DNA of 64,000 nucleotides, from positions 800,001 to 864,000 of the forward strand of contig CAVZZO010000001.1 in the NCBI GenBank assembly GCA_963779755.1. Reading direction: 5' to 3'. Of the stretch, positions 37,112 to 46,103 are shown piece by piece. This stretch comes from an uncultured Gemmatimonadales bacterium. Its GTDB lineage: Bacteria; Gemmatimonadota; Gemmatimonadetes; Gemmatimonadales; GWC2-71-9. Every line of letters starts with the position of its first letter. Within the stretch, counting starts at the first letter, position 1. The notes beneath the pieces were generated by a model that saw only the letters and a list, made by a program, of their open reading frames with translations, had not been told where the DNA came from and searched no databases. A program made the translations under genes and the position numbers.

Positions 37112-38848
37112 TCAGCGGGTCAGTGCCTTCACGGCCGCGTCCAGTATTTCGTCCCGCCCCGCGCGGACGCCGGCCACAGTGGGGCGCACCAGGATGTCGG
37201 GCTGGATGCCGATGCCGGTAAACTCGGTCCCGTCGGCGAAGCGGTCGTGCTTGGTCCGTACCCGGGCGGCGCCCCCGCCAGGGAGGGGGAAGAACATGGG
37301 CTGGCCGGTATTGCCGCCCGTCGGCTCTCCTACGATGATGCCGCGGCCCATCTGGCGAAAGGCCACGGTGAAATCTTCCGCCGCCGAGAAGGTCGCCGGG
37401 CCCACCAGCAGGGCGACCGGCATGCCGTAGTGAACTTCGGGATGAGGCGTGAGCGTGTCGGGCGGAAACCAGTGCCGGCCGATGCCCATGCCCCAGGCCC
37501 GGATGACAGGGAGATAAGCCCGGGTCCATGCCTCCGAGGTGAGCGAGACGCGATTGCTGAGCCGGCGCACGATCTGATTGCCAGGATCGCTGTTCCCGCC
37601 GCCATTGTGGCGCACATCGATGACCAGCGCCGCGACACCGCCCAGCCTCGACATGGCGGCGTCGAACCAGGGGACGATGCTGTCCTGCTCGAAGTTGTTG
37701 ATCGCGACGTAGCCGACATTCCCCGCCAGCCTGCGCTCCGTTACCCCCGGGGTGCGGACCACGTCCTGATAGGGCGAACGCGGCACCGCGATGACCGCGG
37801 TGCTGCCGCCGGCGTGGCGGACAGTGAGCCGAACCGGCCGGTCGGCCGCTCCCCGCAGCAACTCATACCAGTACTCCCGGACCGCCCGGTCCTGCGGCGT
37901 GGCCGCGCTGACGTAGGGCGCGATACTGTCACGCACGTACTGCTCGACCGGCAGGCCGTCGATTGCGACGATCTCGTCACCAACCCGCAGGCCCAGACCG
38001 CCAATCGAATGACTGGAGAAGCCGAGTACCAGTACCCGGTTTTCTATCAGTGCCGTTTCGATTGGCGGTCTGGTATAGCGGCTGATATACCATGCTCTGG
38101 GGAAATACACGTTGGTATGGGAATCGTGCAGCGTGGCGCAGAAGGCCTGGAGCGTGCGGTAGTAGTCCCAGGCGGACCGGGCGGTCAGCACCCTCGGGAT
38201 GAATGCCCGGTAGGTCGAGTCCCAGTCGAAACCGGGACGGGTATCCAGATCGGGATAGTTGTAACGCACCTCGGCCCAGAAGAGTGAGAGCCCGGCCAGG
38301 CGATCGGCGGCGCTCAGGCTGTCCGGCGAGCCGGGAGCGGCAAAGGCGGAGTCGCTCCAGAGGCGATCGTCTACCTGCCAGCGCGCCAGGACCATCCGGT
38401 AGCGCCGGCTGGTCCGGAGTCGGCGGAACGTGGAATCCTGGGCAAAAAGACGGAGGTATCCCGGGCTGCCGCCGGTATCGAACACCTTCTCCACGGCATC
38501 CAGGGCCGTGGCCGTGTCGCCCCGCAGCGCGGCGGCCAGGGCCACATCATACCACACATTAGCAGTGCGGGCGGCGAGCCAGGGATTACGCTGGGACAGG
38601 TCGGTGAGGAGCGGGCTGCCTAACCAGGCAAGCAATCCCTGGAGCATCTCTGTGCCCGCGGGGTCCTGGCGGGTCCAGAGCGATTCCGCCCGCGCGCGTA
38701 CCGTCTGCACGGTGTCGTAGGCTGCCTGCGCGGACGCCGGCGCGCCGTACTGGGCCGCGGCGGTCCGGGGTGAGGTCAGGTACAGCAGGCTGAGGGCAAG
38801 CGGAAGGCCCCGGTGGATCACCCGGGGGCCCGGCCGGCGGAACGGCAT
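37112..38848 (-). CDS. S41-family peptidase with PDZ domain
   Basis: DSHT, IDVRHNGGGNS, TFSAAE, GIQPDI; signal peptide. Confidence 0.92.
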   Translation of the reverse strand: MPFRRPGPRVIHRGLPLALSLLYLTSPRTAAAQYGAPASAQAAYDTVQTVRARAESLWTRQDPAGTEMLQGLLAWLGSPLLTDLSQRNPWLAARTANVWYDVALAAALRGDTATALDAVEKVFDTGGSPGYLRLFAQDSTFRRLRTSRRYRMVLARWQVDDRLWSDSAFAAPGSPDSLSAADRLAGLSLFWAEVRYNYPDLDTRPGFDWDSTYRAFIPRVLTARSAWDYYRTLQAFCATLHDSHTNVYFPRAWYISRYTRPPIETALIENRVLVLGFSSHSIGGLGLRVGDEIVAIDGLPVEQYVRDSIAPYVSAATPQDRAVREYWYELLRGAADRPVRLTVRHAGGSTAVIAVPRSPYQDVVRTPGVTERRLAGNVGYVAINNFEQDSIVPWFDAAMSRLGGVAALVIDVRHNGGGNSDPGNQIVRRLSNRVSLTSEAWTRAYLPVIRAWGMGIGRHWFPPDTLTPHPEVHYGMPVALLVGPATFSAAEDFTVAFRQMGRGIIVGEPTGGNTGQPMFFPLPGGGAARVRTKHDRFADGTEFTGIGIQPDILVRPTVAGVRAGRDEILDAAVKALTR

Positions 38849-38984
38849 GACGGCTCCAGACTGTGAATGCCCGGGATAGACATACGTCGCGGGCAGATGG
38901 TTGCGGGGTCCGGGGCCCGAACTCGATCAGGGGATTCTGCGAGAAGGGAACCGGCATGGAAGCGGTGCCAGCCGCTTCCGGGCC

Positions 38985-39179
38985 TCAAGGCCTGGTGTGG
39001 ACGTTGAGCAGCCGCCAGGCCCAGATTGCCAGGAAGGCGCCCAGCAGGCCCAGCCCGGCGATGCCGAGGAAATACCCGGGATCGGTGGAAAGGAGGGATC
39101 GCTCCTGGATGAGGCGAAGGAGGTGTGCCACGGCCACGAGACCGAAGAGCGTGCCGCTGATCATGAGGTAGGCTTTCAC
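38985..39179 (-). CDS. Small 2-TM membrane protein
   Basis: GGAGG RBS; YL..SGTLFGLVAVAHLLR. Confidence 0.7.
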   Translation of the reverse strand: MKAYLMISGTLFGLVAVAHLLRLIQERSLLSTDPGYFLGIAGLGLLGAFLAIWAWRLLNVHTRP

Positions 39180-39424
39180 CGTGTCCTCCGAGGATCGGGT
39201 TGGGCCGCCGGTTTCAGTGGATCGCCGGTTACTTGATTGAATTCCCTCCCGTAAGATACAGCGAGTCTCGCGGATTCGGCTGCGGGTTTACCGGCAGGGC
39301 CAAGGCTCCCTGCATGGTGTGACGCCCGACACTGGCCAATTGCAGGCGCCAGTTATTCTGCATACGTAAAACCGGGTATCCCGGAAACGTAAAGAATGAC
39401 AGGCGCTGACATCTGAGGCCGGGA

Positions 39425-39545
39425 ATGACCGCATTTTCCCCGATGCGACCCGGTGCGGAGCCGGCCGCCAAGGCCCCGGCCGACTTCCTCCTGCTTGCGG
39501 CCTGGTTCGGACTGGTCGCCGGCCTGGCCGAGACCGGGGTATACG
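39425..39545 (+). pseudogene. 5' fragment of a membrane-anchored protein (sulfatase-like N-terminus), truncated at a repeat
   Basis: FLLLAAWFGLVAGLAE reads straight into a left-truncated repeat copy at 39542. Confidence 0.5.
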
Positions 39546-40215
39546 CAGATGACTTTCGCCGGGCCTGGCGTCGATACCCAACCCAGGCGCTCACAAAAGA
39601 AGAAAGAGCGGTTGCTCTTTGTGGGTCCGGCAACGCTCCACAACATGCCGCAGGCCTCGGAGCACAAATCTGCGTAATCTGTGTAATCTGTGGATCACGT
39701 AATCGGACCCTGAGCCATCCCCGCCATACCAGGGCCACCGGCAGGGGTGCACCGCGGGTCTGTCAGCCTCCGTGAGCCGGGCAGATCCATCGAGGTAACC
39801 GCAGATTACGCCGATGTACGCAGATGACTTTCGCCGGCTTGGCGTCGATACCCAACCCAGGCGCCCACAAAAGAAGAAAAAGCGGTTGCTCTTTGTGGGC
39901 CCCGCAACGCTTCACAACGTGCCGCAGGCCTCGGAGCACAACTCTGCGTAATCTGCGTAATCTGTGGATCACAGAGGCTGACCTGAGCCATCCCCGCCAT
40001 ACCAGGGCCGCCGGCAGGGGTGCACAGCGGGTCTGTCGAGGTAACCGCAGATTACGCCGATGTACGCAGATGACTTTCGCCGGGCCTGGAGTCGATACCC
40101 AGCCCAGGCACCCACAAAGAAGAGAGAGCGGTTGCTCTTTGTGGGTCCGGCAACGCTCCACAACATGCAGGTCTCGAAGCACAAATCTGCGTAATCTGCG
40201 TAATCTGTGGATCAC
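39542..40215. repeat. Three MITE-like ~177-bp copies separated by a conserved ~56-bp linker
   Basis: Copies at 39542-39698 (truncated), 39795-39972 and 40041-40215; imperfect ~30-bp TIRs built of GCAGATTAC units. Confidence 0.9.
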
Positions 40216-40278
40216 ATAAACGGACCGGTGCCAACCGGGTTGGACCAGTCTCGCCCTCGGGAGGACGAGCCTGGCTCC

Positions 40279-41389
40279 TAGTGGACTGTACCAGTTGAAC
40301 GTTAAGCGACGTGGATGCGGTGAGCGGGATCATCGTACTTCCACCGAATCGGTCGCGGGTCGCGGTTGTACTGCCGAATGTACTTCCTGATGCGGCGGGC
40401 GAGGTCTTTGGTGGAGGTGAAGACGCCCCGATGAATCAGATCGCGTTCGATTTTGGCGAACCAGAGCTCCACTTGATTCAACCAAGAGCTGTAGGTCGGA
40501 GTGAAGTGCAACTGCACGCGCGGATGCTCGGCCAGGAATTCCGCGACGCGTTGCGTTTTATGCACCGACAAGTTGTCGCAGATGATGTGCACCTCACGCC
40601 GCGCCGGCACGCGCGTCAGGAGATCGGCCAGAAACGCAATGAAGGCCTGGCTCGTGTGGCGCTCGGCAGTCTGGCCGATCACCAGGCCCGTCCGCGTCTC
40701 GAGGGCGGCGAACAGCGACAGCGTGCCGTGGCGGACGTATTCAAACCCATGGCGTTCCGCGCGGCCGGGCGACAGCGGCAGCATCGGATCCTTGCGCTCG
40801 AGGGCCTGGATCGCCGTCTTCTCATCCACACAGAAAACGGCGGCATGCTGCGGCGGATGCAAGTAGAGCCCGATCACATCCGCCGCTTTGGTCTCGAAGT
40901 CGGGATCGTTCGACGCCATATAACGCTCCATCCGGTGCGGCTGAATCCCGTGCTTCCTCCAGACCCGTGCGACCGTCATGTGCGGCAGCTTGAGGCGCTT
41001 CGCCAGTCGCCGGGTGCTCCAATGCGTCGACCCGTCCGGCGGGGCCGTGCGCGTCGCATCGAGAATGCGTGCTTCCAGCTGGGGAGTCCGGACTCGGACG
41101 GGACGCCCCGCGTGCCGCACGTACAGCCCGGCCAGGCGCGCCTCCACAAACCGGCGCTTCCACTTACTGATGAACGGTTCCGAGCGCCCCGTGCGTGCGG
41201 CGATGTCGCGGTAGGTCAGGCCCGCCGCCAACAGCAGCAACACACGCGCGACCATAGCATCCTGGGCGCGCCCCGTCCGACTGCGCGTCCGACGCTCCAA
41301 CTCGGCGCGCTCGGCGGGGGTCAGCACGAGTGGTTGAGTTTCCATGCCCACCAATCTAACACTAAACACTTATCTGGTACAGTCCACTA
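40279..41389 (-). mobile_element. IS630-family insertion sequence
   Basis: Perfect 14-bp TIRs GTGGACTGTACCAG, each flanked by a duplicated TA; CTAG target. Confidence 0.95.
40302..41345 (-). CDS. IS630-family transposase
   Basis: N-terminal HTHs; DDE triad in CVDEK, CDNL and WLNQVE; single open frame. Confidence 0.95.
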   Translation of the reverse strand: METQPLVLTPAERAELERRTRSRTGRAQDAMVARVLLLLAAGLTYRDIAARTGRSEPFISKWKRRFVEARLAGLYVRHAGRPVRVRTPQLEARILDATRTAPPDGSTHWSTRRLAKRLKLPHMTVARVWRKHGIQPHRMERYMASNDPDFETKAADVIGLYLHPPQHAAVFCVDEKTAIQALERKDPMLPLSPGRAERHGFEYVRHGTLSLFAALETRTGLVIGQTAERHTSQAFIAFLADLLTRVPARREVHIICDNLSVHKTQRVAEFLAEHPRVQLHFTPTYSSWLNQVELWFAKIERDLIHRGVFTSTKDLARRIRKYIRQYNRDPRPIRWKYDDPAHRIHVA

Positions 41390-41659
41390 GTACTCCGCCA
41401 TCACATCGTCCGGATAGCAGTACAGCCACCGTTCACCCGGCTGCGCCGAGGCAATGACCGGATGGCCGGTGGCATGGGCGTGTTTGCTGGCGTGCCGGTT
41501 GGGGGAGCTGTCGCAGCAGAGCGTGACGCCGCACTCCTGACAGGTGCGCAGGTGCACCCAGCGGCTGCCGGTCTTGACGCACTCCTCGCATTCCAGGCGC
41601 CGGGGCTGCTTCAGATCCGTCAGCGCGCCGATGTGTTCGCAGGCACCCTGGATGTGCAT
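41387..41659 (-). CDS. UBP-type zinc-finger protein
   Basis: CEEC..WVHLRTCQECG..CCDSSPNRHASKH. Confidence 0.92.
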   Translation of the reverse strand: MHIQGACEHIGALTDLKQPRRLECEECVKTGSRWVHLRTCQECGVTLCCDSSPNRHASKHAHATGHPVIASAQPGERWLYCYPDDVMAEY

Positions 41660-41679
41660 GGCTCCTCCCTCCACCGGGG

Positions 41680-42240
41680 TCAGTCGAGCGCGGTATGATT
41701 GTCCAGGTGCGATTCCACGAACCAGAGCCACTTGTCCACTCCGCGCGCGACCTCGGTCAGGATGTCGGCGCTGGCGGCATCGCCCAGGTCGTCCATCTCG
41801 TCGATTCCCATCCGTGCCGAGCGGCCGAACTGGCTCAGGGCATCGGACAGGGCGGCCACGTGCTCGGGGCCGCTGATTATGGTCAGCGGGTAGTCCGTCA
41901 GAGTGCTGCGCCGGGCCACGCTCCGGGCCGTCCCCTCCGCCATGCCGCCCAGCTGCACCACGCGCTCGGCGATGAGGTCGACATATTCCTGCGCGGCGGC
42001 ATTGACCTGGTCGAACAGCTCGTGCAGCGCGATGAAGGCGGGACCCTTCACGTTCCAGTGGGCCTGCTTGCACTGGGTCTGCAGGTCGATGGCGTCGGCC
42101 AGGCGCTGATTCAACAGCCCGGCTACCTGACCCCGGATGTCGGCCGGAAGATCGTTCTTGGTGGGGAGGAGACGAGCCTGGTTGCTGGACGAGCCGTTGC
42201 CGGTAGGCGCGGGCGCTGGTTTCCGGGTTGCAGTTGCCAT
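41680..42240 (-). CDS. dps: Dps DNA-protection/ferritin-like protein
   Basis: KQAHWNVKGPAFIALHELFD..DLIAERV, DKWLWFVESH. Confidence 0.95.
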   Translation of the reverse strand: MATATRKPAPAPTGNGSSSNQARLLPTKNDLPADIRGQVAGLLNQRLADAIDLQTQCKQAHWNVKGPAFIALHELFDQVNAAAQEYVDLIAERVVQLGGMAEGTARSVARRSTLTDYPLTIISGPEHVAALSDALSQFGRSARMGIDEMDDLGDAASADILTEVARGVDKWLWFVESHLDNHTALD

Positions 42241-42394
42241 CTTGACTGCTCCTTGCTGGATGCTGCGATTGTGACTGCGAACCTCGAGCCCCCCCTGCCC
42301 CTGCACCGGTCGGGAGGCGTGAGGGGGTGGGGGAGGGTCGAGGCCTGACTGGTGCTGTAGATCATACACCAGTCCGTATGAATGCACTCCCCTG

Positions 42395-42413
42395 TTCAAT
42401 GATAATCCTCATT
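42395..42413. promoter_or_regulatory. Fur-family box-like site upstream of dps
   Basis: TTCAATGATAATCCTCATT is a 13/19 match to GATAATGATAATCATTATC; AT-rich island in GC-rich DNA. Confidence 0.5.
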
Positions 42414-42543
42414 TCGCCCCGGAGCCCGGTAAGGCCGCCGCCGCCCGAGTCGGGGCCATGGCCATCCGAAGCTCGGGCGTGCCGCGGCACATGCGGCCGA
42501 AGTGCTTCAGGGCCGCTCGGCGGTCAGGGCCATGCCGCCGTCC

Positions 42544-44043
42544 CTACTCGCTCGCCGGAGCGTCCACCGCACAATAGCGGCGCCGGGCCAGGCGCTGCCG
42601 GCTGCATGCCGGCCGCCCGTCGGGAAGCCGGTCACGAATGAGCAGCCAGGCCAGCGCGCCGCCCGACGCCACCGCTGCCGCGGAGAGCTCGAGCGCCGTC
42701 CGGTACCCCGCGGCAAACACGGCGGGATGCTGGAAGGCATCGCCGGTGATCCCGGCCGCGAGCGGCAGGATGGCGACGGCCACCAGCCCTGCGGTGCGTG
42801 CCACGGCGTTGTTTACGCCCGACGCGACGCCGGAGAGCCGCTGGTCGGCCGAGGCGAGCACTGTGGCGGTGAGCGGGGCCACTGTGGCCGAGAGCCCGAG
42901 ACCGAAGATGACCGTTCCCGGCAGGACACCGGTGAGCCAGGACGATTGTGCATCCAGCCGGGAGAGCAGGAGCATACCGGCCGCCATCAGCAGGGGGCCG
43001 GCGGTCATGGGGCGGCGGGGGCCGATCCGTTCCGACAGCGCGCCCGCGCGAGACGAGAGCCCCAGCATCAGCACCGTGATGGGCAGGAGCGCCAGCCCGG
43101 CGGAGACGGGCGAATAGCCGGCAACCTGCTGCAGGAAGACCACCAGCAGGAAGAACAGCCCCGCCATGCCGCCGTAGACCACGAAGGTGACGAGGTTGAC
43201 CCCGGAGAACTGCCGCGAAGCGAAGAGGGTGAGCGGCACCAGCGGCGAGCGCGCAGTCCGTTCGATCGCCAGGAAGGCGAGCAGGCCCAGCAGGCCGGCG
43301 CCCCCCGCTCCCAGTACCGCGGTCGAGGCGCCGCGATCGCCGGCCGCGATGAGAGCCCAGGTGAGCGCGCCGAGCCCCAGGACGCCGGTGGCCGCGCCGG
43401 CCAGGTCGAAGCGCCCTCCGGCCTGGTCCGGCAGGCCGCCCCGGCTTTCTGGCACATGGCGCGCCGTGATCCAGATGACCAGGACGGCCACCGGGAGATT
43501 GATCCAGAAGATGGCGCGCCAGGATACCGTCTCCACCAGCCAGCCGCCCAGCAGGGGGCCTACCGCCGCGGCGATGCCGCCCAGGCCGGACCAGGCGCCT
43601 ACCGCACGGCCGCGATCGCCCTCGCCGAAGGAGGCCTGCAGGATCGCCAGGCTGCCCGGCGTCAGGAGCGCGCCACCGATGCCCTGCAGCGCCCGCGCCA
43701 TCCACAGCAGCTCGATCGTGGGCGCGGCGGCCGAGGCCAGCGATGCCAGCGCGAACCATACGATCCCGATGAGGAAGAGCCGCCGCCGGCCGTAGCGGTC
43801 GGCCAGGGAGCCGGCGAGCAGGATGAGCGAGGCGAGAGGCAGGGTATAGGCGTTGATGATCCACTGCAGCCCGGCGACGGAGGCCCGCAAATCGCGGCCG
43901 ATGGCGGGCAGGGCCACGTTCGTCGTGGTGGAATCCAGCATGGCCATGGCCGACGCTCCCACCGTGGCCGCCACGATCCACCGCGCCCGGGACGTGCCCC
44001 AGGCGATGGACCCCGCTGAACGGTCCGCCGTCGCGTCAGCCAA
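42544..44043 (-). CDS. MFS transporter, DHA2/EmrB-like
   Basis: LDSTTTNVALPAI, GSLADRYGRRR, WRAIFWINLP. Confidence 0.92.
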   Translation of the reverse strand: MADATADRSAGSIAWGTSRARWIVAATVGASAMAMLDSTTTNVALPAIGRDLRASVAGLQWIINAYTLPLASLILLAGSLADRYGRRRLFLIGIVWFALASLASAAAPTIELLWMARALQGIGGALLTPGSLAILQASFGEGDRGRAVGAWSGLGGIAAAVGPLLGGWLVETVSWRAIFWINLPVAVLVIWITARHVPESRGGLPDQAGGRFDLAGAATGVLGLGALTWALIAAGDRGASTAVLGAGGAGLLGLLAFLAIERTARSPLVPLTLFASRQFSGVNLVTFVVYGGMAGLFFLLVVFLQQVAGYSPVSAGLALLPITVLMLGLSSRAGALSERIGPRRPMTAGPLLMAAGMLLLSRLDAQSSWLTGVLPGTVIFGLGLSATVAPLTATVLASADQRLSGVASGVNNAVARTAGLVAVAILPLAAGITGDAFQHPAVFAAGYRTALELSAAAVASGGALAWLLIRDRLPDGRPACSRQRLARRRYCAVDAPASE

Positions 44044-44572
44044 GCATGGCCTGCAGCTTCAGCACCGTATTCCAGTTCCTCGCGGTTCCCGGTCCCAGCG
44101 CCTTGTCCAGCCTCGCGGTGGTCAGCTTCGACCGTCCCTGGCCGTCGGGGTAGTAGATGTATGCCTCACGCTCCCCTGCCTTCACCACCTCGCGGCCGGC
44201 GATGGTGGCCTGAAGCTCCCGGACCCGGCCGGCCGGGATCTTCTCCTTGAGCAGCAGCAGCACCAGCCGGGCGGGATCGGTGCGCGCTTCGCCGGGGAAG
44301 GGATTGGCCGTAATGATTCTGGACCACTCCGTGGCGGTGCGTACGTAGAAGAGCGTATCCATGCCGAGTCGGGTCCGGGCCTCACGCTCCAGCAGCGCCT
44401 CGAGCCTGCCGGGCGGGCCGCCGGGCGCCGGGAAGACGATGTTGCCGGTCTGCAGCAGTGTCCCGACGTTTTTGAACCCCAGCCCCGACATGAAGTCGCG
44501 CAGGTCCGCCATGGAAATCTTGCGGTTCCCGCCGACATTGATGCCGCGGAGCAGGGCGGTGCACTGGGGCAT
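44036..44572 (-). CDS. DUF1697 protein
   Basis: ALLRGINVGG..MADLR, QTGNIVF, TARNWNTV. Confidence 0.92.
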   Translation of the reverse strand: MPQCTALLRGINVGGNRKISMADLRDFMSGLGFKNVGTLLQTGNIVFPAPGGPPGRLEALLEREARTRLGMDTLFYVRTATEWSRIITANPFPGEARTDPARLVLLLLKEKIPAGRVRELQATIAGREVVKAGEREAYIYYPDGQGRSKLTTARLDKALGPGTARNWNTVLKLQAMLG

Positions 44573-44627
44573 GGGAGAAACGTAAGGCGTCGGGGAGAAT
44601 GGAGAACAGGGAAGCGGGAAAGAGGGA

Positions 44628-45296
44628 TCAGTAATGCGGCGGCAGCTGGACGGTCGTGCCGATCCCGTGCAGCACCGCCGCCAGGTGCATGATGGTGTGA
44701 GCCAGGATGGGGGCGAGCACGCTGCCGGACAGCAGATAGCTCAGGGTAATGATGGCGTTCCCGATGAGGGGCTGAAGCAGGGCCGGTCCCTGGAACTCGC
44801 GGAACCCCAGATGATAGGCCGCCGTCACCAGCAGACTGCCCGCCAGCGCAAGGAGCGCCAGGCGCAGGCGCGGCCCGGCGCTTTGTCGCTGCACCGCCGG
44901 CCGGGCGCCATAGAGCGCCATCACCGGCAGGACGTTCAGGATCAGTGCGTCCACCACACCGTAGGCCAGGCCGTAGCCCAGGAGAGCGGCAACGAGCCCC
45001 GCTCCGCCGGGGATTGCTCCGGCCGGCTGCCGGGCTACGGTGCGCGCGAGCAGCAGTCCGAAGAGGAGGCCGACGATGAGGCCCGCGAGCCACCGGCGCC
45101 TCAATTGCGCGACGAAGTCGATGCCGCCCAAGCGCAGATAGGCCAGCATCAGGCCCAGGGCTGCCAGACCCCAGAGCGCCACAAAGGCGGCCCGGGGCCA
45201 TTGGAGCAGTCCCGAGAAGATGCCCGATCCGCTGAATCCAAGGACCGCCGCAAGGATGACCCAGTGCCAACCGGCGGCTCTGTGCTGTTTCACCAC
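44628..45296 (-). CDS. Hypothetical multi-pass membrane protein (possibly CPBP-like)
   Basis: Many TM helices; AYHLG and AHTIMH; GGAGG RBS before GTG. Confidence 0.65.
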   Translation of the reverse strand: MVKQHRAAGWHWVILAAVLGFSGSGIFSGLLQWPRAAFVALWGLAALGLMLAYLRLGGIDFVAQLRRRWLAGLIVGLLFGLLLARTVARQPAGAIPGGAGLVAALLGYGLAYGVVDALILNVLPVMALYGARPAVQRQSAGPRLRLALLALAGSLLVTAAYHLGFREFQGPALLQPLIGNAIITLSYLLSGSVLAPILAHTIMHLAAVLHGIGTTVQLPPHY

Positions 45297-45448
45297 TGTT
45301 GCTATCCTCCGGTGGAAACTGCTGCCCGCAACCTGGCCTGCCGGGGGTGTAGCGAGCGTGAAGAAACATCGAAGAGAGGCGACGCCGGTCACGGACAATG
45401 GCCGGTCGGGATACTATCCAGGAGTGTCGCCTGCTGTCGAGAATCGCC

Positions 45449-46090
45449 ATGTCGAAACGCTACAAGATCGTTCGCCGCCGGCCCGAGGAGCATGATGGCG
45501 CCGGGAATCACCCTGACGAGTCGCCCGGCTTCTCCCGGCTCGGGGCCCTGGCCCTGGCCGGCGCCGCCGCCTTTGCGCTGACCCGGCTGACCGCCGCCCG
45601 GGAGCCGCCGGGACGATTCCGCAATCTGGTGCTGACCGGCATGCTGTTCCGTGGCGCGCGCTTGCTGCGCCGGAGCTACTTCCCGGCCCGCTGGCTGGGG
45701 TTTGGACTCTGGTCGCTGGAGGTGGTAGCGCTCACCAGCCGGCCCGATCTCTACCTCCGGGCCCGGCAGTTTCTCCGCGACCCCGGTGGGGAGTTGATTG
45801 CGGCAGGCGAGGCAATCCGGCAGCCGCCGCGCCGCGTCCTCCGGCGCCGGGCGGAGGCCGGCGTGCTCAAACCGCTGGTGGTCTTCGGCCTCGGCGTGGC
45901 CGCTACCTGGCTGGCCGGCAAGGCACTCCGGCGGATGGCCGGACCGGGGCCCATGACGCAGGCGACCGTGCCGGTCAATCCCGCCGACGATGATCTGGGC
46001 AACCCGGGAGAAAACATTCAGCAGCGCCTGGACGAAGCCATCGAGGAAACCTTTCCGGGAAGTGATCCGGTTTCGATGCAGATCGAATAG
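45449..46090 (+). CDS. Hypothetical protein
   Basis: AGGAG upstream; ends in the conserved LDEAIEETFPGSDP motif. Confidence 0.6.
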   Translation: MSKRYKIVRRRPEEHDGAGNHPDESPGFSRLGALALAGAAAFALTRLTAAREPPGRFRNLVLTGMLFRGARLLRRSYFPARWLGFGLWSLEVVALTSRPDLYLRARQFLRDPGGELIAAGEAIRQPPRRVLRRRAEAGVLKPLVVFGLGVAATWLAGKALRRMAGPGPMTQATVPVNPADDDLGNPGENIQQRLDEAIEETFPGSDPVSMQIE

Positions 46091-46103
46091 GCCGGGGGCA
46101 GCA

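Noticed and set aside
39542..40215. Non-autonomous derivatives of the neighbouring IS630
   Set aside because: The ends share no similarity with the GTGGACTGTACCAG TIR and lack TA duplications.
39229..40333. ORFs spanning the MITE-like array
   Set aside because: They are translations of repeats (QITQITQI, LRNLRNL); only the 40-codon start at 39425 looks genuine.
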